From an uncultured Synergistaceae bacterium (GTDB taxonomy: Bacteria; Synergistota; Synergistia; Synergistales; Synergistaceae): DNA of 64,000 nucleotides. The DNA lies in assembly GCA_964422205.1 (NCBI GenBank), contig CAYRAI010000004.1:8417-72416 (forward strand), in the 5' to 3' direction. Of this stretch, positions 1 to 8,658 are shown one piece after another. How positions within the stretch are numbered: the first letter of the stretch is position 1; each line of letters opens with the position of its first letter. The position numbers and the translations under genes were made by a program. The notes beneath the pieces were generated by a model. The model did not search any database. It saw only the letters and a program-made list of their open reading frames with translations, and was not told the origin of the DNA.

Positions 1-279
1 AGAAGAATACGCCAAGGAATATTCCTATAAATAAACTCTGTGTCAAATTATAATGACAGCATGAGCATTAATACCGTATTTTATTTTACAATCTAATCTA
101 TAATGATTGTAAAATTGAACATCGGAGTTGATCTATATGGAATTTAAACGACGTCCCGGAGGATGCCCGCCCTGACTTTTGATATTGCCGTTTGCGGCAG
201 TTGCCGCAATTATACCTTGGGCCAAGGAAAAGATATCAGCTCTGCTTCGTAAGTAAAATATTTAGAATGGAGGATTTTT

Positions 280-840
280 ATGTTTTTTTCAAACGGCTTC
301 AGCAAAGAAGTGCTGCTTAAAAGCAAAAAGCGTTTTTACACTATAGGTGCAATAATGCTCTTCATCGGCTTTCTCTCGCTCTCCATGCCGCTTCTTGCCT
401 CTTTTGCTATAGAGACAATGGTCGGAGGCCTGCTTTTGGGAGTAGGATTATGCCAGGCGTTCGGAGCGTTAAGGGGTTTTTCAGACGGAGCAAAGCCTTG
501 GCAGCAAATATTTATGGCTGTAATATCCTTTGCTGCAGGAGTAATATTCCTCTTCAATCCTCTTGCTGGAGTGATGACTCTATCTATGATACTCTCCGCA
601 TATTTTGCCGTGGACGGAGCAGCGAAGGTCTTTGAGTATTTCCGCCTCAGAACAATAGGTGGCTCGCTCTGGATGCTGATATCCGGACTTTTGAGTATAC
701 TTCTTGCGGTAATGATGTGGAAGAACTTCTTCACCGGAGCTTCAATGATAGGAATAATACTCGGAATCAACCTAACCTTCAGCGGAATAAGCTTGATACT
801 GCTGGGCCGGGGCTGTTCCGAAGAGTGCAAAAAACTGTAA
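280..840 (+). CDS. HdeD/DUF308-family small integral membrane protein
   Basis: 186-aa ORF, GGAGGA SD about 7 nt upstream of ATG; series of glycine-rich hydrophobic helices typical of DUF308/HdeD; followed by a long perfect hairpin. Confidence 0.6.
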   Translation: MFFSNGFSKEVLLKSKKRFYTIGAIMLFIGFLSLSMPLLASFAIETMVGGLLLGVGLCQAFGALRGFSDGAKPWQQIFMAVISFAAGVIFLFNPLAGVMTLSMILSAYFAVDGAAKVFEYFRLRTIGGSLWMLISGLLSILLAVMMWKNFFTGASMIGIILGINLTFSGISLILLGRGCSEECKKL

Positions 841-853
841 AATTACAAAACCA

Positions 854-895
854 ATACAAATAGAAGCCCTGAAAAATCAGGGCTTCTATTTGTAT
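854..895 (+). terminator. 18-bp perfect hairpin downstream of the hdeD-like gene
   Basis: ATACAAATAGAAGCCCTG (854-871) / CAGGGCTTCTATTTGTAT (878-895), loop AAAAAT; only a weak T-tract follows. Confidence 0.55.
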
Positions 896-1003
896 ATTCT
901 GCGCACTCACGGCGAAAATTTAGCAATAAAAGACAGAAGCATAGACAAACTCACCAACCGCCATAATTCTCAGAACCAGTAATTCAAATCCAAAAGATTT
1001 CGC

Positions 1004-1078
1004 ATTTTCAACCCGCATAATTCTAAACCTTATAACTATTAATCAAACTATAGTTTATTAAAATTATCCTTACAAATT
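1004..1078 (+). repeat. Copy 1 of a ~75-nt direct repeat (contains ATAACTAT-N10-ATAGTTTAT inverted repeat)
   Basis: By hand alignment about 62 of 78 columns match copy 2 at 5998-6075; a partial third copy (CCGCCATAATTCTCAGAACC) lies at about 958-977. Confidence 0.75.
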
Positions 1079-1474
1079 CTTTGGTTTTCTTTTGGTGTAC
1101 AGCAGCCTGCCCCACACGTATTCAGCTAATTATACAGCATTGTCCGTGACGGGTATCCCTGTTCTCTTATCACAATTGTAATGGAGCTTGCGAGATCAAA
1201 AGCTCTAAGTCCGCTCTTATTTGTTTTTCCGTATGCATAAACCATTCACTCCTATTCGGAGTCCGGTTTTTGTCCGCAGGCCACAACGACAACTCAACCT
1301 TAGGCTGGTTTTCGCCAAAGTCAGGATAAAACACAGAAGCAAATTCACCAGACCTAATACTTGTAGTCCGGCCCCTGCTATACCTAACAATGTACAGCCG
1401 AAAGCTATACCCCCATGGCATCGTACGGCTGTTTTTTCCCGCAGGTCCGACCCAACCGCTCTAGAGTTCGTGTT

Positions 1475-4400
1475 TTACCTTTCCCTTTTCTTTGCCGCAA
1501 AAGGCAGAAGAGCCACAGCTAGGAGGGAGAGTGACGATAGCCCCGTGCTGCATCCGCTGCTTCCTCTGTGTGTTTCCGGCTTCGTGTCGTCTTTGTAAGT
1601 GCCGTCGCAGAATAGTACCGCCGGGTCTACTACGTCGTGGCTCTTCGGGTTTCTGTCGTAGAATCCGTTGTCTTTTACTCCTATGTTTAATTCAAATTCG
1701 TCGCCCGATATTGGATCTGATGCCGCCAATACCTTGCCTTGCGATTTTATAAGCCATCTGCCGTCGGACAGGAGGTTCAGTTCTTTGACTCGGAGCAGTT
1801 CTGTGTAGGTTCCGTCTGCGGTGAGTTTGGCAAGGTGCAGGAGTCCTGTTTTGTCAGCTCTTACCGGGATGTCCCGGCTTGTCAATGTGAGGCTTATGAC
1901 ATATGTTTTGTTGTCGTCCTGTTCGGTTGCCTGTATTTCCGTTACGTACAGGCCTTTGATATCCGCGGATTTTACATTCAGCTGTTCGTCAAACGAGGCA
2001 GGCGTTATGTTTGGTTTGTAGCCGCTCGTTTCGTCTCCGGTTACGTATAGGTCAAGGCTGCTGGTTATTATTGTGTTGAGAGATTTGACGATTTTAGTAT
2101 TCGCAACAACAAGGCCGCTTGAGTATTTGTCGCCGCTCACTATCGTTTCGGGATATGTTATTGTGCTTCCCTCTCCCGTTTTGATGTTGATTGTACTGCT
2201 GTTTGTGACTGTCACAGTAGGTTTCCCTGTGGCTTTGCCTAGGACTTCGATGCTTGAATTTCCGTCAAGGTTTATGTGCGAGTCTTGCGCTGCATTCATT
2301 GTGTCCGTTATTGAAAGTTTCGCATCATTGCTTATCGTAACAGTGCCGCCCGCTTCTATTTCCAGACTGTACAGCATCGTGTCTTTGGATATTGTCAGTG
2401 TTTCACCGGCTTTTACAATATATGCGTTTGTCACCCAGACTGTTGCTTTTTCCGTTGTCGATGTCCCGTCTTTGCCTGTGACTGTTATTGTGACTTCTTG
2501 GCTTGCGCGTCCCGCATTTTTGACGGGTTTTGCAGTCACTGTCGTTGTCTTGCCGGTTGTTTTGTCTATGGATATTATGTCGCCTGCCGTCTCCCACTTG
2601 TCACTGCTAATGAAAAGTTCCGCCGCCGCTTCATAGGTTATTGTTTTGATCCGCACGTCGGTCGGGCCCGTTATATCAAATGAGAGTTCTTTCGGCGTTA
2701 CTGTTATTGCCGTTACGGGTTTGTATCTGTATGTCGCTGTGACATTCCAGGTCTGTCCCCATTTTATGTCTTTGGAGATTGTAAGTTTCTCTGTGTCACC
2801 TGAGACTATTTTTGTGTCGTCTGAGAGCGTGAGTGTATAGCCGGAGATGTTTTTGTATGTGACTGTGTATGTGTCTTCGGATATTATGTCACTGCTCCAT
2901 ACGCTCTGGGAGGTTACGTTCTTGCTGTTGCCGTTTTCGCCTGTTATTGTGAAGTCCGAGGACGCTTCGGGCAGAACTCCGTCCGTTGTCACTGTGACTG
3001 ACGCGTAGTTTGTCTCTTTGGCGGCGAACGCCATGCAGAGACTGTAGGAGTCGTCTTTCGCTCCGTCCTGGACTATGAAGTAATCTTTTACCGCCTGTAC
3101 CCATTTAGCTCCCGGCTTGAGTTCTGTCTTTACTCCGCCTTTCATGTTGAACAGCAGAACTTGTGTCTTTACCGTGTAGCCGCTGCTGCTGTCGCCATAC
3201 ACTCTCAATTTGTCTTTTGATATGTCGTTTAAACTTCTGGCGTAAGTTTTTCCGTCTTCGCTCACTACTGCGAAGAGGTTTATTTTTGACAGTAGCGTTT
3301 CTTTTGTAAGGCTGTCTTTAATTTCGTCGGGCAGGCCCGCTATGTCTGCCGATGTTATGGTGAAGTTTGTCTGCAATGGCAGGTAGTCGCTGTCGTTCAC
3401 AGAGCCGCCCTTATTAGTAAAGAGACTTACTATGAATCTCCAGAATTTGGCGAATATGCTTCCGCCCTCTTCTGTTATTGTGTTCTGCACTTGGACTATA
3501 CGAACTTTGTCTTTAGACGCAGTCTCCAGATTCCAGTAGCGTGCAATGGCGTCTTTTATGTCATCGCTTGTGTAGATTTGTTCGTCTGTTTTGACGTCCA
3601 GGCTCTTTGCCTGTATCGCGTCGGCGGAGACTGAGATTCCTGCGGGAAGTGCGCCTTTATCTGCCAGTTCCGCAAAGCTGTCGTATATTGCAAGGTCTTC
3701 CGCTGTGTCTTTGCTTATTACTCTGACACCGGAGCTGTCGCGGTCTGTCCTTGTCTCTTCTGTAACTTCGGCATTAGGCGTTGATTTTGCCGTGACTGTG
3801 AGAGTGAAGTCCGCGCTTGAAACGTGCCCGCCTGCGCCGTATGTGGCTTTAACTGCAATTGTCTTTTTGCCGTTTGTTTTGGTTTTTGCCGTGAGGGTTA
3901 CAGTTTTTCCGCTGACTGAAACATCCGCATAGGAATTTTCCGCCGAAAGGACTGAGTTGTTTATTGGTTTTGTGGTGATGTCAAAGCTCACGGACTGACC
4001 GATTTCAAGGTCTGCGGATGTCTGTGAGAGGGTGATGCCGTACACTTCTTTATCTGTCGTTGCGGCGTACTGGTATGCTCCGATGTCGACATAGTTTGTG
4101 CTGCGCGTTTGCCCTAGACCGTCTTTTGATGGGATGACAATGTCAACGCTTTTCGTCCCGCTGTAAATCTGATAAGTGCCGACAGGCAAGCCCTCGCCGA
4201 GCGCGGAGCTGCTCTGCACGTTGTCGCCGGAGATAATGTAGATGCAGACGTCCTTTGAATTTGCCGTTACTTTCATATCTTTGTCTACTGAGACAATCAT
4301 CGGGTCGGCAGAGAGAACTGAGCCATCTGTACTGATAGTTCCGGAAGTGCTGCCGAGGACTGAGCTGCGCACTGTTGTTGCACCGCTGCCAACATAAATA

Positions 4401-5605
4401 TCGCCGCCTAGTGTTGCTGCTTTGTTGCCCCAAATGACTGAGTTTGCTATCACCAAGCCGCCCATAGACTTGCAAATGCCGCCACCGTAGCAGTTTGCCG
4501 AGTTGTCGCTGAATGTGCAGTTTATGATACTCAGGCTGCTATTCATGTTGTTTATACCGCCGCCAAAGTTTGCCGAATTGCCGCTGAATGTGCAGTTTGT
4601 GACGGTTGGGCTGCCGCTGTTTGTGTACATGCCGCCTCCGCCGTACATAATATTGCTGCCGCTTGCCGAGTTGCCGCCGAAGGAGCAGTTTGTGACGAGT
4701 GGGTTGCTGCTGTAGATGTATACGCCGCCTCCGGTACTTGCCGAATTGCCGCTGAAGGAGCAGCTTGTAACGGTTGGGCGGCTGTTGTTGGCAATGAACA
4801 TTCCTCCACCGCAACTTGCCGCGTTGTTGCTAAATGTGCAATTTATGACTGTCGGGTTCGCTCCGATTTTGTTGTTGAACATGCCGCCTCCGTTGCCGGA
4901 TGCGCCGCTTGCCGAGTTGTTGTTGAAGGAGCAGTTTGTAACTGTTGGGCTGCTGGCTGTGTTGTACATGCCGCCGCCTCCGCCGTTGCTGCCGCTTGCC
5001 GAGTTACTGCCGAAGGAACAGTTTGTGACGGTCGGGCTGCTGCCGGAATTGTACATACCGCCGCCGTAGTAGTTGGTGCCGGTTGAATCGGGTTTTGTTC
5101 CCGTACCGCCTGTGATTGTGAAGCCGTCGATGCAGGTGTCATTAGATAACGCGCCTGTACCGCCGGTTACTATGCTCATGTATGCCACACTTGCATCACG
5201 GCTTAAAATCGTGGCGCAGTCTGCGCTCATGGGGTTTGCCATCATTTTCGTGATGTCGCGGCTATCTGTATCTGTATCCCAGCCGCCTGTCAGCTTCACG
5301 CCCTTTGGCAGTTTGAGTGTAGCTTTGCGTGTATAAAGACCCTTGGCTGCGCGCACCTCTCCTTTATCAGTGTTGTTGGAACACTCTGTCAAAGCATAGT
5401 CCAGGCTTGCCGCAGGGAAAGCGTTTTCCCAACTGCTGCCGTCTCGGAGGGTCGCACCGCCGTTTACGGTTACGTAGTAAATTTTGCTTTCGGCGCGCGC
5501 TCCTGACATTAGAAACAGGGAAAACACAACTGCCGCCGCCATCAATGTTAAAATTACTCCTGAATAAAGATTTTTTATGACTTTTTGTTCCGTTTTTCGG
5601 CCCAT
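1475..5605 (-). CDS. Large secreted surface protein: signal peptide, PMP-like parallel beta-helix repeats, Ig-like domains, Cys-containing C-terminal sorting tail
   Basis: 1376-aa ORF with GGAGGG SD. N-terminal hydrophobic signal (ILTLMAAAVVFSLFLMSGARA). About 8 repeats of P-T-V-T-N-C-S/T-F-x-x-N-S-A...GGGM. C-terminus GSSGCSTGLSSLSLLAVALLPFAAKKRER (motif + TM + basic tail). Confidence 0.85.
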   Translation of the reverse strand: MGRKTEQKVIKNLYSGVILTLMAAAVVFSLFLMSGARAESKIYYVTVNGGATLRDGSSWENAFPAASLDYALTECSNNTDKGEVRAAKGLYTRKATLKLPKGVKLTGGWDTDTDSRDITKMMANPMSADCATILSRDASVAYMSIVTGGTGALSNDTCIDGFTITGGTGTKPDSTGTNYYGGGMYNSGSSPTVTNCSFGSNSASGSNGGGGGMYNTASSPTVTNCSFNNNSASGASGNGGGMFNNKIGANPTVINCTFSNNAASCGGGMFIANNSRPTVTSCSFSGNSASTGGGVYIYSSNPLVTNCSFGGNSASGSNIMYGGGGMYTNSGSPTVTNCTFSGNSANFGGGINNMNSSLSIINCTFSDNSANCYGGGICKSMGGLVIANSVIWGNKAATLGGDIYVGSGATTVRSSVLGSTSGTISTDGSVLSADPMIVSVDKDMKVTANSKDVCIYIISGDNVQSSSALGEGLPVGTYQIYSGTKSVDIVIPSKDGLGQTRSTNYVDIGAYQYAATTDKEVYGITLSQTSADLEIGQSVSFDITTKPINNSVLSAENSYADVSVSGKTVTLTAKTKTNGKKTIAVKATYGAGGHVSSADFTLTVTAKSTPNAEVTEETRTDRDSSGVRVISKDTAEDLAIYDSFAELADKGALPAGISVSADAIQAKSLDVKTDEQIYTSDDIKDAIARYWNLETASKDKVRIVQVQNTITEEGGSIFAKFWRFIVSLFTNKGGSVNDSDYLPLQTNFTITSADIAGLPDEIKDSLTKETLLSKINLFAVVSEDGKTYARSLNDISKDKLRVYGDSSSGYTVKTQVLLFNMKGGVKTELKPGAKWVQAVKDYFIVQDGAKDDSYSLCMAFAAKETNYASVTVTTDGVLPEASSDFTITGENGNSKNVTSQSVWSSDIISEDTYTVTYKNISGYTLTLSDDTKIVSGDTEKLTISKDIKWGQTWNVTATYRYKPVTAITVTPKELSFDITGPTDVRIKTITYEAAAELFISSDKWETAGDIISIDKTTGKTTTVTAKPVKNAGRASQEVTITVTGKDGTSTTEKATVWVTNAYIVKAGETLTISKDTMLYSLEIEAGGTVTISNDAKLSITDTMNAAQDSHINLDGNSSIEVLGKATGKPTVTVTNSSTINIKTGEGSTITYPETIVSGDKYSSGLVVANTKIVKSLNTIITSSLDLYVTGDETSGYKPNITPASFDEQLNVKSADIKGLYVTEIQATEQDDNKTYVISLTLTSRDIPVRADKTGLLHLAKLTADGTYTELLRVKELNLLSDGRWLIKSQGKVLAASDPISGDEFELNIGVKDNGFYDRNPKSHDVVDPAVLFCDGTYKDDTKPETHRGSSGCSTGLSSLSLLAVALLPFAAKKRER
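4470..5070 (-). repeat. Intragenic tandem coding repeats (PMP/beta-helix units)
   Basis: Seven plus-strand copies of GCCGA(A/G)TTG(C/T)CGC(T/C)GAA(G/T)G(A/T)GCAGTTTGTGAC-like units spaced about 75-90 nt apart; the repeats also show up as repetitive shadow ORFs in other frames. Confidence 0.7.
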
Positions 5606-5997
5606 TAAGATCCCTCCGTAAGTTTAAAGGTTAAAAGGTACAAACATTATTATCGACAGAATGGACATAGTCTTACTTCTCCGATCACCTTCCGTGTAAT
5701 ATGAGTATAATTTTTGAACAATACAAACACTTTTATCTAGCAGTTTACCTCTGTTTTGTAAGGCAAAACTATCAGGTAATATTCCGCCTAATATGAAATA
5801 TTATAACGATAAAATCCTAAAATAGAATACTTGCAGACAAATTGTATTATTTTGCGGCAAATTGCCCGGATAGGCGTTATTTACACTCAAATCATGGAGC
5901 AGTGGGATAAAAGAATGGGGGTTCTAGGGAATATTAATACGAAAATTTAATGTTTAGGCGCATATCAAAATTTGCTTTTTCAAAAAACAATCCGAAT

Positions 5998-6075
5998 ATT
6001 TTCAATCCGCATAATTCTGAAACGTATAACTATTGATAGGGCTATAGTTTATTTTTGGGTTATCCTTACAGAATT
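5998..6075 (+). repeat. Copy 2 of the ~75-nt direct repeat
   Basis: ATTTTCAATCCGCATAATTCTGAAACGTATAACTATTGATAGGGCTATAGTTTATTTTTGGGTTATCCTTACAGAATT; lies about 390 nt upstream of the surface-protein start codon. Confidence 0.75.
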
Positions 6076-6271
6076 AGGGGGGGCTTTTGCGCTCTTGGGT
6101 CGTCTGCTTGTGCAGTATACGGCTTTTTTGGATGCCGCAGTCGGAGCAAAGAGGTGAATTGACTTCTCGGCTCTGCTTCGCCGAAGAGAGTTGGCGCGCA
6201 AAAGACATTTTATATACTTAGCCGTAAACTTTTAGCTATGTAGCACCGCAGACTCTTTTGCAAATATATAT

Positions 6272-6310
6272 AAAAAGAGAAGCCTTCGCAAGATTAGGCT
6301 TCTCTTTTTA
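6272..6310. terminator. Bidirectional intrinsic terminator at the end of the xdhC-like operon
   Basis: AGAGAAGCCT (6276-6285) / AGGCTTCTCT (6296-6305), flanked by an A-run and a T-run. Confidence 0.7.
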
Positions 6311-6358
6311 TTTTTGTGATTATGTTTGCAAAGACTGGCTGTGTTTGAATTTGTCGCT

Positions 6359-7147
6359 TTACTCGCAGCGCAGGGCTTTTATGTTTGCTCCCCTTCTTAC
6401 AGCTATTATCTCTGCCATTATGGATACGGCTATTTCTTCCGGGCTCTCGGCTTTTATGGGGAGTCCTATCGGCTGATTTATTCTGTCTAAGTGAGCCTGA
6501 GCCACTCCCTGGGATAGCAGTGTCTTTCTTACTGCGGCTATTTTGCTGCGCGAACCTATCATGCCGTAATATGCTCCGGGCTTTCCGTCAGTGGCTCTTA
6601 CCACTTCGGAATCAAGTGAGTGTCCTCTTGTCATTATCACGACACAGCTTCTGTCATGGAGTGTTATCTTGTTAAACGCTTCACTCAGAGGACAGGCTAT
6701 TGTTCTGGCACATGGGATGTTTTCCGAGTTTGCAAACTCTTCTCTCTCATCCCATACCGTTACTCTGAATCCTGTGAAGCTCCCTAGCTGAGCCACCGCT
6801 TTGCCGACATGTCCCGCACCGAAGATTACAAGCTCATCGTCACGCCCTATTACTTCCATGTATATTGCTGTTTTGCCTCCGCAGACCATGCCGTGAGCTT
6901 CGTTGAGCTCCTTGCGCCACACGGCTGAGCTTTCTCCTGTCGAAAGGAGCTTCACTGCCTCGCCTATGGCTTCGTATTCCACAAGCCCGCCGCCTATCGT
7001 GCCTGCGATGCTGCCGTCCGGCCTCACCCACATGGATGCGCCGCGGCTTCTTGGAGTGGAGCCGCTCTCTTCCGTCACGGTGCAGAGTACGCCGAAATTG
7101 CCCTCCTGCACCTCTTCGTCCATTATTTTAAGAAGTTCTCTGTTCAT
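6359..7147 (-). CDS. XdhC/CoxI-family molybdoenzyme maturation accessory protein
   Basis: 262 aa; N-terminal XdhC_CoxI-like segment (GSTPRSRGASMWV...GTIGGG) and Rossmann-like XdhC_C (VIFGAGHVGKAVA); GGAGGA SD. Confidence 0.8.
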   Translation of the reverse strand: MNRELLKIMDEEVQEGNFGVLCTVTEESGSTPRSRGASMWVRPDGSIAGTIGGGLVEYEAIGEAVKLLSTGESSAVWRKELNEAHGMVCGGKTAIYMEVIGRDDELVIFGAGHVGKAVAQLGSFTGFRVTVWDEREEFANSENIPCARTIACPLSEAFNKITLHDRSCVVIMTRGHSLDSEVVRATDGKPGAYYGMIGSRSKIAAVRKTLLSQGVAQAHLDRINQPIGLPIKAESPEEIAVSIMAEIIAVRRGANIKALRCE

Positions 7148-7162
7148 ATTTTTTCCTCCGCT

Positions 7163-8209
7163 CTACGAACCTGCCGCAAAGGAGCAGCTTGGGTAGTGAC
7201 ATGTCGGGCAGTGTTCGCATAGCCCCCCTACTCCCCATCTTCTGACTAAGTCGCCTGGCTCTACTCCCGCAAAGATAAAGGGCAGAAGTTTATCAAGGGC
7301 CGTTCTTTCATCAAAAGCCACACATGCGGGAGCTCCTATGACTGCGACATCCTCTCCGTCCACGGGAGATACGGCCCAGCCCAGCATCAGCATTGCCCCG
7401 GGAAGGGCGGGAGTACCTTGGAATGATATTCTGCGGCATACGGAGCGGATTGCTCCCGGCGTTTTGTCGTCCGCATCGACGCTCATTCCGCCTGTGCAGA
7501 TTATTACTTTTGCTCCCTCGTTAAGAAATGCTTTTATCGCTTCCGATATTTCTTCCACGGAGTCGCGCGAATACCTCTGCCCGAGCATAGTGCCGTTTAG
7601 GCGGCTCAGTTTTTCATCGAGCTTCGGTCTGAATGCATCTTCCACTCTTTTGTCGAATATTTCCTTGCCTGTCGTGACAAGTCCGACTTTGAGGTTTTTA
7701 AAAGGAAGTATGGCGAAAGGCTTGCTGCCCTTTACGGCGGCGACTGCTCTTTCAACTCTGTAATCTTCAAGAACTAAAGGACGGATGCGGAAGCCTGCTA
7801 TTGTCTGTCCTTCAAGCACGGGCCTGTGAGGAGCAAGAGCGGATAAGACCCAGTCCGGATCTTGATTTACTCTGTTGACTGTCTCAGCCAGATACCATAA
7901 TATGCCGGATTTTTCGGCGACCAGGTTGCAGCGCCCCTCCTCCGGCCCTGCTATGCGCAGGTTTTCGCCGCATAGTACATCGGCAAGTGCCAGAGCCGCA
8001 TCGTCCTCGTGAACATCCCCGGCGGAGAGCTCCATTACAGAAATATTCTCCCGTCCCATGTCTCTTAATGTGGGAAGATCCGCCTCTGTCACAACTTGCC
8101 CTTTTTTAAACCTTGCGGATTTTTTGTGATTTTTCGCGTCTATCTGAGTGAGGTCGTGAGCGAGAGCTTTTCCCACTGCTTCTTCAAGCGGGATTGTCGT
8201 TATTTTCAT
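7163..8209 (-). CDS. Molybdopterin-binding (MoeA N-terminal-like + MoCF-biosynthesis domain) protein with Cys-rich C-terminal tail
   Basis: 348 aa; VGLVTTGKE...ICTGGMSVDADD pattern of the MoaB/MogA/MoeA-type domain; tail CEHCPTCHYPSC. Confidence 0.6.
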   Translation of the reverse strand: MKITTIPLEEAVGKALAHDLTQIDAKNHKKSARFKKGQVVTEADLPTLRDMGRENISVMELSAGDVHEDDAALALADVLCGENLRIAGPEEGRCNLVAEKSGILWYLAETVNRVNQDPDWVLSALAPHRPVLEGQTIAGFRIRPLVLEDYRVERAVAAVKGSKPFAILPFKNLKVGLVTTGKEIFDKRVEDAFRPKLDEKLSRLNGTMLGQRYSRDSVEEISEAIKAFLNEGAKVIICTGGMSVDADDKTPGAIRSVCRRISFQGTPALPGAMLMLGWAVSPVDGEDVAVIGAPACVAFDERTALDKLLPFIFAGVEPGDLVRRWGVGGLCEHCPTCHYPSCSFAAGS

Positions 8210-8241
8210 TGTTATTCCCCTCTGCCTAAGAATTATTCAAA

Positions 8242-8658
8242 TCAATCTTTTTGCGGAGCGCATTCACTGCATGAGCCGTAGATAACAAGCTGTTTTCCCT
8301 CGACAGTCATGCCTTCCGGGACTTCAACACGCGGTATTTTCTGGTCTGAGAGGCAGAACATTTTGCCGCACTGCAGGCAGAGAAAGTGGGGATGGCCTCC
8401 CGGGCAGCCTTCGTTTTCCATGTCATGGGCGCAGAAACGCCATGCTCCGTCAAGCCCCTGAACCTGATGCACTATGTTCGAACTTTGAAGCGTCTGGAGG
8501 GTTCTGTAGAGTGTTACCCTGTCTAAGGGCTCTTCAAGCATTGATAAAATCTCTGCGTGTGTAAGAGGAGAAGCGTTTTCTATCAAAAGCTCAAGGATTT
8601 TTTTACGCTGCTTTGTGGTGCGAAGACCAGCGGCGCTTAGAATTTTTTCTGTCTGCAC
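8242..8658 (-). CDS. Fur-family metal-responsive transcriptional regulator
   Basis: LRTTKQRKKILELL winged-helix segment, HPHFLCLQCGK and CSEC metal-site motifs. The ORF extends to 8757 (TTG, no SD). I prefer GTG at 8658, preceded by AAAGGGG, which gives a typical 138-aa Fur. Confidence 0.8.
   Translation of the reverse strand: MQTEKILSAAGLRTTKQRKKILELLIENASPLTHAEILSMLEEPLDRVTLYRTLQTLQSSNIVHQVQGLDGAWRFCAHDMENEGCPGGHPHFLCLQCGKMFCLSDQKIPRVEVPEGMTVEGKQLVIYGSCSECAPQKD

Noticed and set aside
336-830. Long antisense or shadow ORFs throughout the track (for example 336-830 minus, 2073-2636 plus, 12074-12511 minus, 15559-16038 minus, 22847-23533 plus, 34411-34983 plus, 44222-44698 plus, 59648-60286 plus)
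   Set aside because: Each lies opposite or out of frame within a gene that has strong family-level identity. They lack SD sequences and have skewed Arg/Ser/Cys-rich composition typical of non-coding frames.
1170-1421. 83-codon minus-strand ORF downstream of the adhesin gene
   Set aside because: It has no SD, no recognisable motif and an arbitrary Arg/Ser-rich composition. I treat it as non-coding until a BLASTX hit says otherwise.
5606-6358. Invertible promoter (fim-like switch) or DGR template for the adhesin gene
   Set aside because: The only inverted matches I found (ATAGTTT…CCTTACA at about 5741-5763 versus 6046-6071) are 7+7 nt, within chance expectation. No recombinase or reverse transcriptase gene is nearby. 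The adhesin C-terminus is a sorting signal, not a variable lectin-type domain.
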